Of a DNA stretch of 64,000 nucleotides, positions 8,537 through 18,249 are shown in pieces (positions within the stretch are counted from its first letter, which is position 1; each line of letters opens with the position of its first letter). This DNA comes from Anaerolineales bacterium (GTDB taxonomy: Bacteria; Chloroflexota; Anaerolineae; Anaerolineales; E44-bin32). The stretch covers positions 6,651 through 70,650 of the forward strand of contig DAOUEQ010000012.1 of assembly GCA_034430395.1 (NCBI GenBank). The letters run 5' to 3'. The notes below the pieces were generated by a model. It searched no databases. It saw nothing but the letters and a program-made list of their open reading frames with translations, and was not told where the DNA came from. The translations under genes were made by a program, and so were the position numbers.

Positions 8537-10981
8537 TTAGATGTCCTCCGCTGAGTCTTCCTCCTCCACCGCCGGATCCGTTTCCAAGCTAAGAACCTGT
8601 TCAACGATTTGAGCTTCGACATCCTGAAGGGCCACTTCCTGGCCATCAGGGAATGTCACCCGCGTCTCACCTTGCTTACACCGCACGGTCAACCCCCGCC
8701 AACGCAGCGTTACAGGCCATGGATATGGGTTGACCGGTCTGATCCAGACCTTGTGGGGAGTGATTAGTCGAACGCCTAAAGTCTGCAGGAAAAGGCTCAG
8801 CGGCGCCACACCTTCGACATACCCACACCCACCTACGCCACCGCCTTTATCTGGGTTATAACGTGCACGGAAAGCTTTATCTTCCTTCAGCGCGACGACG
8901 ACACCCTGCATCAACCTGGTTACCAGTTCGGCAGCCTGCTCATGGAATCCATAACTAACCAGACCCTCTCCGAGCAGCAGATTCCAGAACATCCATACTG
9001 CGCCCGCACCGTCTTGATTATCCGGCGCGTAGGAAGGGTCCTTGGCAGAGCAAACAGGTATGCCAAAGGGTCGCCAGAACTGGTCGGGATCGGTCAGCGT
9101 TTTCGAGATGAGCCTTTCGGCGCGCGTCTGATCCGGAATCCCCGCCCAAAGTGGGAGAAGCAGGGATTGATCAATGCGTGTCGTATCCGGCAACCAGATT
9201 TCGGAGGAGACCTCATTGCCCAATCCCTGTACTTCGACCCGCTCAATCGTGGTGTTGAGTTTGTCGCTTGTAAATACCCCAGTATTCCAGAACCACTGAA
9301 ACTTGCGATGCGAGATCCGTTCGACACGTGAGCGCCCGCGACGTCCACGACTATGGATGAGGATCTTGAGCTTCCGGGCATCCTTCTCCGAACCATGGAT
9401 GCGGACAAGGACGCGCACCGGCGGGTCGAAGGAGCCCTTCACCTCGAATGAGTATTCTCCACGCCCTTTACCCAGACATTTTCCCGTGAAAGATGAGTCC
9501 AGATCCCGGTCTCGTTGCCGATAAATATTCCGCTGCGTCGACCAGGTCGACTCAACTGCCTCTTTGAGAATCGCCAAATGCGGTTCAATGCCTTCTAGTG
9601 CCCGCTCCCTCCCGATTTCGCGGGCGATGTAATTCAAAGATTGGATCTCACGATAAAGATAGGAGGCCAGATCGATCGTCTCAACCATCGAGATGTCCAG
9701 CCCCTGACTCCAGTGATGCCACCGGGCAAACGCAGGCCAGTCATCGAACCCAGAATGAACTGCGTAATCCCATTCCGGCCATCCATCTTGATCCCGGTCA
9801 TGGCGCTGGTCAAACCATGCTTGCACAAAGCGCCTGAGCGGCGTGAATATCTGCCGCAGCCAGCCGGTATCCTCAGTATGCTGATATACCATCCAAACCA
9901 ACGTTGCCAGGAGTGGAATACTCTGTAATCCGCTGCGCTTGCGGCTGATATTAGGGAGCCACTCTATCTCGCCTTCAGCATCCTGTGTTTTGAGGAAATT
10001 CCCAATAAGTCCCATAGAGAGAGACGGCGCCGCAGGAAGAATCTGGGAGATTGCCAGGAATGCATCCTCTGCTGTATACCCGGATCCTTGAGGGCTGAAT
10101 CCATCTCCGTCCTCACTCGGGGAGAAGCCATCATCCACCCCTCTGCGCTTAACCAAAATAGAGCCGGGCTGGAATTTCACCGGTCCGACGAAATTCCCTA
10201 AAATCTCTTTTTGCGATAACCAGAAAGTAGTATCCCAATCAGGCTCTCCTGATTCAATCTCCACTAAGCCGCTATTTTTCAGCTCCACTCGGGCGCGCTC
10301 CTTATCCCAATTACATTGAGTCCTTTCTCGCGCCTCAGTAAATGACTGATTCGTTGTGCCCTCGGCTGCCTGCGCCCAAATCCAAGAACCAACCTCTCCT
10401 GGTAAGAGACGTCCATGAACGCCCAGAGTTGGGTAGGGAGCCGGTTCAACACGAGCCCCGCCAGACAGAAATATTACGGGGTGCAGTCCAGCGGTTCGAC
10501 CGGACAACACGCTGACTCCTTGAAAAATGCTCTCACCAAGAACCTGGGGATCCTCTCCGGGTTGAAGCAGGCCAAATAACCTAAGGTGCATATCAAGAGG
10601 TTCCGCTCTTAGGTTCGAGATCGTGAACCTGCCCATAACAACATGCGAATCGGGGACCCAATATTCGGCACTGACACCCATACGGTTGAAGGGACTGAAG
10701 TCGAGTCTAACGTAGTCAGGCAGAATTGAACGGACCACCGGCATCGTGTGGAAAAGCGCTGGGTCCGTAATGAAGCGGTCTTCCAGCCCGAAACTCGGGA
10801 ATATTCGCATACCTCGCGCTCGTAACCCATACGTCGTATACAGAGAAAGAGAGGGGGGTTCCTCAGATGCAATCTTCAAATCCCAGATATGGTCATCGGC
10901 GATATCGATGTCTGAGAAGCGAGCGTCACAGGCTAAACGTAGAGCAACCGGTCCATCCAGTGGAAGTGACCACAGTTTCAT
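8537..10981 (-). CDS. large (alpha/alpha)6-barrel glycoside-hydrolase-like protein (GH63/GH15/debranching-like)
   Basis: 814-aa ORF. The C-terminal half has patterns I associate with six-hairpin glycosidases (WPEWDY, GAGAVWMFWNLLLGEGLVSYGF). The family assignment is from memory only. Confidence 0.5.
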   Translation of the reverse strand: MKLWSLPLDGPVALRLACDARFSDIDIADDHIWDLKIASEEPPSLSLYTTYGLRARGMRIFPSFGLEDRFITDPALFHTMPVVRSILPDYVRLDFSPFNRMGVSAEYWVPDSHVVMGRFTISNLRAEPLDMHLRLFGLLQPGEDPQVLGESIFQGVSVLSGRTAGLHPVIFLSGGARVEPAPYPTLGVHGRLLPGEVGSWIWAQAAEGTTNQSFTEARERTQCNWDKERARVELKNSGLVEIESGEPDWDTTFWLSQKEILGNFVGPVKFQPGSILVKRRGVDDGFSPSEDGDGFSPQGSGYTAEDAFLAISQILPAAPSLSMGLIGNFLKTQDAEGEIEWLPNISRKRSGLQSIPLLATLVWMVYQHTEDTGWLRQIFTPLRRFVQAWFDQRHDRDQDGWPEWDYAVHSGFDDWPAFARWHHWSQGLDISMVETIDLASYLYREIQSLNYIAREIGRERALEGIEPHLAILKEAVESTWSTQRNIYRQRDRDLDSSFTGKCLGKGRGEYSFEVKGSFDPPVRVLVRIHGSEKDARKLKILIHSRGRRGRSRVERISHRKFQWFWNTGVFTSDKLNTTIERVEVQGLGNEVSSEIWLPDTTRIDQSLLLPLWAGIPDQTRAERLISKTLTDPDQFWRPFGIPVCSAKDPSYAPDNQDGAGAVWMFWNLLLGEGLVSYGFHEQAAELVTRLMQGVVVALKEDKAFRARYNPDKGGGVGGCGYVEGVAPLSLFLQTLGVRLITPHKVWIRPVNPYPWPVTLRWRGLTVRCKQGETRVTFPDGQEVALQDVEAQIVEQVLSLETDPAVEEEDSAEDI

Positions 10982-11142
10982 GCGTAGATTGTATGAAGCT
11001 AATAAGAAATCGTCAAAGGAATCTATGAATAATCGCGCCCCTCCACAGTCCGAATTACCACACCACCGAACATCTGCTTGACGTGCTCACTTACATGCGT
11101 GTCATGCTAGAATAGCGTTACTTCCTTTTGGAGAAACGCTCG

Positions 11143-11616
11143 ATGCCCATGAAATTAACCAATAAAGGTATGTATTTCGAGGAGTTCGAAGTGGGGCAGC
11201 GAATCACCAGCCCCGCCCGGACGATCACCGAAGCCGATGTGGTTGCATTCGCCGGATTATCCGGTGATTTCAACTCAATCCACACCGACGCTGAGTCTGT
11301 AAAAGAGAGTTCCTTTGGTCAACGTGTCGCCCACGGTCTCCTGGTTATTTCCGTCGTCTCCGGCCTTGCCGTGCGAACCGGCATCATCGAGGGAACGGTG
11401 ATCGCCTTCCGCGAGATAAAAAACTGGAAATTCAGCCTACCGGTCTTCATCGGGGACACCGTTCACGTCATCCTGGAGGTGAAGGAAAAGAAAGCGATGC
11501 CCCGTTTGAACGGTGGCTCAATACTTCTGTCACTCGACGTCCGTAACCATGACGATCAAACGGTTATGAAGGGGATCTGGACCGTCCTCGTTGAAAGCCA
11601 GGCGGGTGAGGTGTAA
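11143..11616 (+). CDS. MaoC-like (R)-specific enoyl-CoA hydratase/dehydratase (hotdog fold)
   Basis: FEEFEVGQRITSPARTITEADVVAFAGLSGDFNSIHTD...AHG matches the MaoC dehydratase signature. ATG 11143 is preceded by GGAGAA. Confidence 0.8.
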   Translation: MPMKLTNKGMYFEEFEVGQRITSPARTITEADVVAFAGLSGDFNSIHTDAESVKESSFGQRVAHGLLVISVVSGLAVRTGIIEGTVIAFREIKNWKFSLPVFIGDTVHVILEVKEKKAMPRLNGGSILLSLDVRNHDDQTVMKGIWTVLVESQAGEV

Positions 11617-11709
11617 TCTAATAAGGCAGGAAAAGGACTTTCTGCCCCATTATCCTTAACATGCAGATCTCCCCTTCCCTTCATACACTGCATGCTATAA
11701 TCACGAGCC

Positions 11710-14700
11710 ATGAGCGATCCATCGGACGATCTCTCCAAAGATAAGGGACCGGTTCCCCCCGAGCCCGAAAACGACCGACCTCTGGAAACGGATGCCCATC
11801 CATCCAATCTTCACGACAATAATGGCAGCCCTCAAGAGCGGTTTAAACGTCTGCTGGAGGGAGATATCGCCTCCGAGAAACCATCCACTGTGGCGACCAC
11901 ACCCCCTGCGGATGATTCAGAACGCATGGGCGAGGGGATAGTTCAAGGCTCCCCCAACCTTTTCGAGACCGAACCATTCGAACATGACCTGACCGAATCG
12001 GATCAGGCGCGGGTGGCGGACTCCCCTCCCACGCAGGAGCCCTCTACCAACCCTCTCCCAGAACAGGGCTTAAAATCAGAGACCGATGTTTTACTTCAGC
12101 GTGTGCCAGAAACGGATATCGGCGCCACACAGGTTGGGCCCTCCGCCTACATCCCTCCCGCGCAACCCGAAGAACCGCGTGGTAAGGGTTGGAAGCGATG
12201 GGATACCTGCGGTGGATGCGCGCTGCGAATGGCTATTTTCGGAGCCTTTGTCTTAATCGCCATAGTGATCGGAATCGTCTCCTTCGGTGTTTACCAGTAC
12301 TACTCACTGGCCGCCAGCCTGCCCTCCGTCGAAGATCTGCACCAACATGCAGCGCAGTTTGAAACGACGCGCATCCTCGATCGTGAGGGAAATCTTCTGT
12401 ACGAAATCCTCGATCCCCAAGCAGGTCGTAGAACTTACGTCCCGCTGGGAGAGATCTCCCCCTACATGGTCGCGGGGATCATCGCCACAGAAGATTCCCA
12501 GTTTTACAGCCACCCCGGTTTTGATATCTGGGCAATTGTCAGGGCTTTCTGGCAGAATTACACACAGGGGGGTGTCGTCTCTGGGGCTTCCACCATCACC
12601 CAGCAGGTCGCGCGCAACTTGCTGCTATCACCGGAAGAACGGACACGGGTGACAGCACGCCGCAAGATGCGCGAGGTCCTACTCGCGGCGGAGATCACCC
12701 GCCGTTATTCGAAAGAGGAGATACTCGAGCTTTATCTCAACCAGCATTATTTCGGGAATCTCGCCTACGGTGTAGAAGCAGCAGCGGAAACATATTTCAA
12801 CACCACTGCCGACAAGTTGACTCTCGCTCAGGCGTCTTTCCTGGCAGGGCTCGTTCAGGCCCCCTCAGTCTACGATATCTACACGAACCGCGATGCCACC
12901 CTGAACCGCCATCGCCAGGTACTCACGCTTATGGTGGATACCAGCATTGAGGATGGATGCATCTTCGTGAGCAACGCACAGGTGCCAATCTGCATAACGC
13001 CCGAACAGGCGGGCAGCGCTGCAGCCGAGATCATCAATTACGAATTCCGGCAGCCTGACATCCAAATCAGATATCCTCATTGGGTGACTTTTGTGCGCAG
13101 TGAACTTGAGGAATTGTATGACCCGCAAACAATCTACCGCTCGGGTTTCACCGTTTACACAACCTTAGACCCGGTGCTGCAGTCTGAAGCTCAGGAGATT
13201 GTACGCGCACAGGTCGAAGCTCTGGCCGACCATCGCGCCACGAACGGCGCTCTAGTGACCATCCGTCCAAACACGGGCGAAATCCTTTCTATGATCGGTT
13301 CGGCAGACTATGAAGCCAACGACGGTCAGATCAATATGGCCGTTCGTCCCCGCCAGCCGGGATCCTCCATCAAACCCCTTACATACACCGCCGCATTTGA
13401 GCTGGGGTGGACACCGGCTACGCTCATCTGGGACGTCCCTTCAGAGTTCCCGCCTTCGGGAAATCCAAATGATCCCCGCCCCCCCTATGAGCCTGTGAAT
13501 TACGACGAGCGCTTCCATGGCCCGGTTACCGCTCGTTCGGCGTTAGCGAACTCATACAACATACCTGCCGTTAAGACACTTCAATTTGTCGGAATTTATG
13601 ACAACGCTGAAACATCCACAGAAGACGGGTTCATCGCCTTCGCTCGCCGCATAGGGATCACAACATTCGACCGCAATGATTACGGCCTCTCCCTTACGCT
13701 TGGGGGCGGAGATGTCACTTTGCTCGAGCTGACTTCAGCCTATGCAACCCTGGCGAACAGCGGGAATCGCATTCCCCCTACGAGCATTTTACGCATAGAA
13801 GATCGGGAGGGTGCCGTCGTCTATCAGTACGAAACTCCCGCAGGCGACCCTGTCATCCGCCCCGAACATGCCTACCTCATCACAGATATTCTCAGCGATA
13901 ATGCCGCTCGAACGCCTGCGTTTGGTCCCAACTCGCTGCTCAAATTACCCTTCAAGGCTGCCGCGAAGACGGGAACCACAAATGATTTCCGAGATAATTG
14001 GACGTTGGGTTACACCCCGGATATAGCTGTTGGCGTTTGGGTCGGCAACGCAGATTACACCCCGATGGAGAACACTTCAGGTCTGACAGGTGCAGCACCT
14101 ATCTGGAACCAATTCATGCAATATGCACAAAATCGCCTTACCGGTGGTCAACCCTCCATGGTTATCCGTCCCAGCGGCATCGTCGATCGCGTTGTTTGTA
14201 CCGTTTCCGGTGCTGAGCCCTCTGAGTGGTGCCCGTCACAGAACCGTGAGATTTTTGTCCACGACCAACTCCCGCTGCCAAAAGAACAAGATTTATGGCG
14301 GGAGGTGTGGGTGGACAGCTTCGCACTCGAACTGGCTTCCCCGGAGTGCGCGACGTACGTGGATGAGAAGTTAGGGCTGAATGTGCTCGATCCCTGGGCG
14401 CGTGAGTGGCTCGATGAGTCCTCTGCTGGGAAAAAATGGGCTGAGGATATGGGTTTTAAAGATCATCCGCTCTTTTTCATACCTGAGGTCGTATGTTCCA
14501 GCGACAGCCCCCATCCTATCCTGGCCTTCACCCATCCATCCGAAGGAGCGACGATCTCAACGAGTCCACTGGAGATATTCGGGCAAGCGGCAGCGACGAA
14601 TGACTTCAGAGATTGGATCCTCGAATATGGCCTCGGTAACAATCCTTCCTATTGGCCTGATATTGCCCATAGTGACTCGCCGATTAAGCAGCCAGAGCAA

Positions 14701-14952
14701 TTAATCAATTGGGATATCTCAGACTTGCTGAATGGACCGGTGACACTCCGGCTTGCGGTCCGCAGCAAGCGAGGTGGCGTCGCCTTTACTGAACTGCATC
14801 TGAATATTTTGATGCCGACCCCGACACCCACGCCCACTCCCACACCGACCACAACCGCAACACCCACGCCCACGCCCACAGTAACGCCCACCGAAACATT
14901 GACGCCCACCCCTAGCCCGACGTTTACACAAAACCCACCACCTACAGCATAA
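11710..14952 (+). CDS. class A penicillin-binding protein (PBP1A-type transglycosylase/transpeptidase) with long disordered N-terminus and Pro/Thr-rich C-terminal tail
   Basis: GT51 motifs are present: ATEDSQFYSHPGFD, GASTITQQVARN, RKMREVLLAAE. Transpeptidase motifs are present: SSIK (SxxK), SYN (SxN), KTGTT. A TM helix lies after about 180 low-complexity residues. Confidence 0.9.
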   Translation: MSDPSDDLSKDKGPVPPEPENDRPLETDAHPSNLHDNNGSPQERFKRLLEGDIASEKPSTVATTPPADDSERMGEGIVQGSPNLFETEPFEHDLTESDQARVADSPPTQEPSTNPLPEQGLKSETDVLLQRVPETDIGATQVGPSAYIPPAQPEEPRGKGWKRWDTCGGCALRMAIFGAFVLIAIVIGIVSFGVYQYYSLAASLPSVEDLHQHAAQFETTRILDREGNLLYEILDPQAGRRTYVPLGEISPYMVAGIIATEDSQFYSHPGFDIWAIVRAFWQNYTQGGVVSGASTITQQVARNLLLSPEERTRVTARRKMREVLLAAEITRRYSKEEILELYLNQHYFGNLAYGVEAAAETYFNTTADKLTLAQASFLAGLVQAPSVYDIYTNRDATLNRHRQVLTLMVDTSIEDGCIFVSNAQVPICITPEQAGSAAAEIINYEFRQPDIQIRYPHWVTFVRSELEELYDPQTIYRSGFTVYTTLDPVLQSEAQEIVRAQVEALADHRATNGALVTIRPNTGEILSMIGSADYEANDGQINMAVRPRQPGSSIKPLTYTAAFELGWTPATLIWDVPSEFPPSGNPNDPRPPYEPVNYDERFHGPVTARSALANSYNIPAVKTLQFVGIYDNAETSTEDGFIAFARRIGITTFDRNDYGLSLTLGGGDVTLLELTSAYATLANSGNRIPPTSILRIEDREGAVVYQYETPAGDPVIRPEHAYLITDILSDNAARTPAFGPNSLLKLPFKAAAKTGTTNDFRDNWTLGYTPDIAVGVWVGNADYTPMENTSGLTGAAPIWNQFMQYAQNRLTGGQPSMVIRPSGIVDRVVCTVSGAEPSEWCPSQNREIFVHDQLPLPKEQDLWREVWVDSFALELASPECATYVDEKLGLNVLDPWAREWLDESSAGKKWAEDMGFKDHPLFFIPEVVCSSDSPHPILAFTHPSEGATISTSPLEIFGQAAATNDFRDWILEYGLGNNPSYWPDIAHSDSPIKQPEQLINWDISDLLNGPVTLRLAVRSKRGGVAFTELHLNILMPTPTPTPTPTPTTTATPTPTPTVTPTETLTPTPSPTFTQNPPPTA
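14815..14949 (+). repeat. Pro/Thr-rich low-complexity coding repeat (PTPTPT...) at the PBP C-terminus
   Basis: CCN-ACN codon repeats encode PTPTPTPTPTPTTTATPTPTPTVTPTETLTPTPSPT.... Confidence 0.9.
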
Positions 14953-15013
14953 CAACCAATAAAATACCCCCGCGGCAGAGGGGAATGCCAACGCCCGACC
15001 ATAATCCCTGAAC

Positions 15014-15041
15014 GTAGAGACGCAGCTCGCTGCGTCTCTAC
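15014..15041. terminator. strong hairpin between convergent PBP1A and plsY
   Basis: GTAGAGACGCA(GC)-TC-(GC)TGCGTCTCTAC gives an 11-13 bp stem. There is no clear U-tract. Confidence 0.5.
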
Positions 15042-15065
15042 ACTATCGGTCGCATGGCATTAATA

Positions 15066-15098
15066 AACCTCCCGCAGGTTTAGAACCTGCGGGAGGTT
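15066..15098. repeat. perfect copy of the 33-nt intergenic palindromic repeat
   Basis: AACCTCCCGCAGGTT-TAG-AACCTGCGGGAGGTT has 15-nt arms that are exact reverse complements. Confidence 0.8.
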
Positions 15099-15146
15099 AT
15101 GGATAAAGAAGGTTTGCACTAACAGCACGCCCTACAAGCGGGGATC

Positions 15147-15752
15147 TTATTCTCGATCGAACCACAATTCGCGGTAGACACGATTCCAGTCAGATAAGGC
15201 GCGGCCAGAGATGACAAACCCAACCGCCAATGCCAAACCCAGTTGCGTCCCATTTGCCCCAAAGAGCGCCCATAAGGGCATCAGAAGCAATCCTGTGACG
15301 ACATTCCCCCGTGCGGAGTGCTTAATCAGGAGCTGGAGAGCAGAACCAAGTCCGACCGCCAGCACAAAACCCAGTGGCCAGACCGCTAGCAGTGCCCCTC
15401 CCCCGCTCGCCATTCCCATGCCACCCCGGAATCCTGCAAAGACCGGCCAGCAGTGACCGATCATAACGCATACCGCGGCGACAACCGGCGCTACCGCCGT
15501 ACCACCGAATCTGGTGGCCAACCACACCGCCAGGTACCCCTTGCCAACATCCGCCACGAGCACGAGTATACCGGCGGCCCAACCTGCTGCCCGCATAGTA
15601 TTGGTCGCGCCGGCATGACCCGAGCCTGAGCCGCGGACGTCAACTCCAGCCTTCGCGCGGGTGACCAATATTGCACAGGGAATGGACCCGAGCAGGTAAG
15701 CGATAATCGCGAAAGCGATAGTTTTCAGTACAGGTTCCATGGTTTCGATCAT
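15147..15752 (-). CDS. plsY: glycerol-3-phosphate acyltransferase PlsY
   Basis: GSIPCAILV...G.DVRGSGSGHAGATN matches the PlsY signature (GSGNxGATN-like). About 6 TM segments, about 200 aa. Confidence 0.85.
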   Translation of the reverse strand: MIETMEPVLKTIAFAIIAYLLGSIPCAILVTRAKAGVDVRGSGSGHAGATNTMRAAGWAAGILVLVADVGKGYLAVWLATRFGGTAVAPVVAAVCVMIGHCWPVFAGFRGGMGMASGGGALLAVWPLGFVLAVGLGSALQLLIKHSARGNVVTGLLLMPLWALFGANGTQLGLALAVGFVISGRALSDWNRVYRELWFDRE

Positions 15753-15803
15753 ACTAGGATTATCCAGACAAAGCCACCTGATGAAAGATCGGGCCTGGGG
15801 GGA

Positions 15804-18026
15804 TTAAAGCAGCGGCAGTTGAGGATCTTGATGTTCCGGCGGATCGATTGCCAATCGCTCCCGCAAATTCTCACGCGTTAGCGTCGTCTCTGCCATAAGG
15901 CGTCTGACAAGGCGGAATTTTATCACTGGTGGGCTGCCCTGAAGCCAATCCTGCAGCCGAGGATCTCGTCGTGCTTTCTCGGCCAACAACTCTGCGCGCC
16001 CACCTGGAATGACATACGTAATCCCATCTGGCGCATTAGGTTGAAGCACACCTGCCCAGACAGCCGTTTCCATGATTCGGAATGCATAGGCGACCTGCCC
16101 ATCATCCCTGATCCACTTAACCATCTCCCCTTCGTTCACCTCATACTCAAGCTGCGAGCCAAGGTTCACAAGCAGGCGCCTAATTTCGTCGCAATCCTGT
16201 TGGCGTGCAACGGCAGTGTCCTCCGCGCGCAATCTCCAACGGCCATTCGCGTCGGGTCCCACTGCGTATGAACGCAGACAGACAGCGATAAGTCGGCGGT
16301 CAGGTGAAAGTAGACCTTGAAACACCTCACAGATTTGTTTGTCGAGTTCGTATTCAAAGATCCAGCCATCTTCGCGCAATGACTCAAGAACCCGGCGCTC
16401 AACGAGATCCTTAAGGTCCGCCTCGGCGAACGGCGGGTCGTGAAGCCAGTACAACCCGCTCTCGACTTCCATGCCACGCCCCATGTGTATAAAGGTCTTC
16501 CGATCCCCTAAGACTCTCTCCAGCGAATCACCCATAACCTGCATGAACTGCCGCCCTTCTGCCTCCTGGATGCTCTCTAGCAACCCTTCAGCCACAAGGT
16601 CAGACCATGCAGCGGCATGCAACACCGGATAGGTCGATGGCTCAGCCCTCAAGTTGAGAATCTGCTTGCCAGAGGAGCGCATGCGCTCCTCTCTCTCCTC
16701 CTTCCCGCATGCCTTCTGTACACCTGCTTCAACAACCCAATGAAAGACTGCCTGTTCCTCACCTGCACGCAGAGCTCGCCCACGCAAGGCGAATCCCGCT
16801 GCGTCAAATCCGGAAAGGACAGCCGCGACAAAACCGGGTTCAGCTTCCGGGAGGTATGCGATCGCTGGGATCCCTGATCTTATCGAAGTCGCCAGGCCTT
16901 TAAGTACTGTGCGCAGTGCGGCAGCATGCCATGACCAGTCATAACGCCGGCGGCGCAATGCCACTTTGATCGGAGCTGCGGTCTCTCTCCCCCACAACCA
17001 TGCTGCCCATAGCGCCGAGAGGGTCCAAAAGGCTTGATTGTGGCGCGGAGGCACGGTGAGGAGCAGGCTTACCTCCGCGGGGTCAATCGTCTCCATCAGA
17101 TCCCGTACAGTGCCGGGGTAGATCGCTACCGATCCCGCCCGCAAAGAGCTGTCGCTCGGCCATGTGGTTACCTGCAAATCGGTAGGCTCCATCGCCCAAG
17201 TTTCGACTGCCTTCTCCAGCGCACGCCAGACATTTTGCTCGCGGTAGCGCTGTGAGGCACTCAATTGACGCGGCCGCTCGCGACCCTCAGGATAACTCCA
17301 TAGCGCATTCGCTCCATCAAAGGCAGATAACAGCACGGCATGAAGCGCTTTTAGAAGCGATCCATCAAGCGCCAGTTGGTCAATCTTGTTGATGATGGTT
17401 ACGAGCGCGTAGATGGCGCGGCCGGGATAAACAGAAAGGGCTGCCTCCGCATGTTGGCGGTCCGTATCGCCGGCAGGGGCGACTTGTTCGAGCGCCAGGG
17501 CATGCTGCAGTCCCCGCCGGGAGTAATCGAGGGCGCGATTCCAGTCATCCTCCGTCGCGGGAGATTCGCCCGTATAGGCACAATGATCGCAAGAGTAAAC
17601 CTTGTGAGTCGGACCGCCCAATTCCTGGTCCCATATAAAGTACTCGACGGATATAGCCTCACCACATCTCATACATGTGCTGCGATAGAGATCGAGGATG
17701 AACCGCTCCATGCGCGTATCATCCTTGGGAATTGCGGCCATGTGGGAGAGAGCCGCCTGCAGCTCGCCAAGCCCAAAAGGCTGAAGTGTGTGCTGAAGGA
17801 TGAAGCGGGTAACTGGGTTGTTCGCGGCAACCAGAACCGCACGCCCCGATTGAGCTGCCTCCAAAACCAGGCGTGGTGAAGCGCCAAAGGGATCCAATAC
17901 AAGCCCCGCGGGCAGGCGATCATCGGCCAGGACTTGCTCAATGACACCTTCCTCTAGTGGCGGCATGAACCGCTTGAGAGGACCCTGATGGCTATCTGGG
18001 TATCCAACCGGTAAAGGTATATCCAT
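15804..18026 (-). CDS. large conserved hypothetical protein; N-terminal Zn-ribbon DNA-methylase-like (COG1743-like) region with degenerate SAM-binding and catalytic motifs
   Basis: VLDPFGASPRLVLEAA...ANNPV resembles xLDPFAGGGxIPLEA...DLNPV. The Cys pairs CMRC...CDHC form a Zn ribbon. TVPPRHN sits where (D/N)PP(Y/F) is expected. Confidence 0.4.
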   Translation of the reverse strand: MDIPLPVGYPDSHQGPLKRFMPPLEEGVIEQVLADDRLPAGLVLDPFGASPRLVLEAAQSGRAVLVAANNPVTRFILQHTLQPFGLGELQAALSHMAAIPKDDTRMERFILDLYRSTCMRCGEAISVEYFIWDQELGGPTHKVYSCDHCAYTGESPATEDDWNRALDYSRRGLQHALALEQVAPAGDTDRQHAEAALSVYPGRAIYALVTIINKIDQLALDGSLLKALHAVLLSAFDGANALWSYPEGRERPRQLSASQRYREQNVWRALEKAVETWAMEPTDLQVTTWPSDSSLRAGSVAIYPGTVRDLMETIDPAEVSLLLTVPPRHNQAFWTLSALWAAWLWGRETAAPIKVALRRRRYDWSWHAAALRTVLKGLATSIRSGIPAIAYLPEAEPGFVAAVLSGFDAAGFALRGRALRAGEEQAVFHWVVEAGVQKACGKEEREERMRSSGKQILNLRAEPSTYPVLHAAAWSDLVAEGLLESIQEAEGRQFMQVMGDSLERVLGDRKTFIHMGRGMEVESGLYWLHDPPFAEADLKDLVERRVLESLREDGWIFEYELDKQICEVFQGLLSPDRRLIAVCLRSYAVGPDANGRWRLRAEDTAVARQQDCDEIRRLLVNLGSQLEYEVNEGEMVKWIRDDGQVAYAFRIMETAVWAGVLQPNAPDGITYVIPGGRAELLAEKARRDPRLQDWLQGSPPVIKFRLVRRLMAETTLTRENLRERLAIDPPEHQDPQLPLL

Positions 18027-18249
18027 CCTCTTGAGTATACGTCAACCCCGCTCTGCTTTTATCACCATTTTCAAAGGAAACACCGATCGACGTGTAGCTA
18101 TAAATGGTATGATTCACCCAGATGCTGCATCAATTCACGATCTTCATCCGGATAAGAAAACACAAGGACACGCCTGGGGTATGCCAGCAACCATAGTCAG
18201 CCGGAAAAGTGTGACCTAGACTCTGAACAGCTGTGCGAGTGAGACATCG

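Noticed and set aside
14649-15002. Minus-strand ORF encoding GVGVGVGV repeats.
   Set aside because: It is the mirror image of the PT-rich coding repeat of the PBP1A C-terminus and is not an independent gene.
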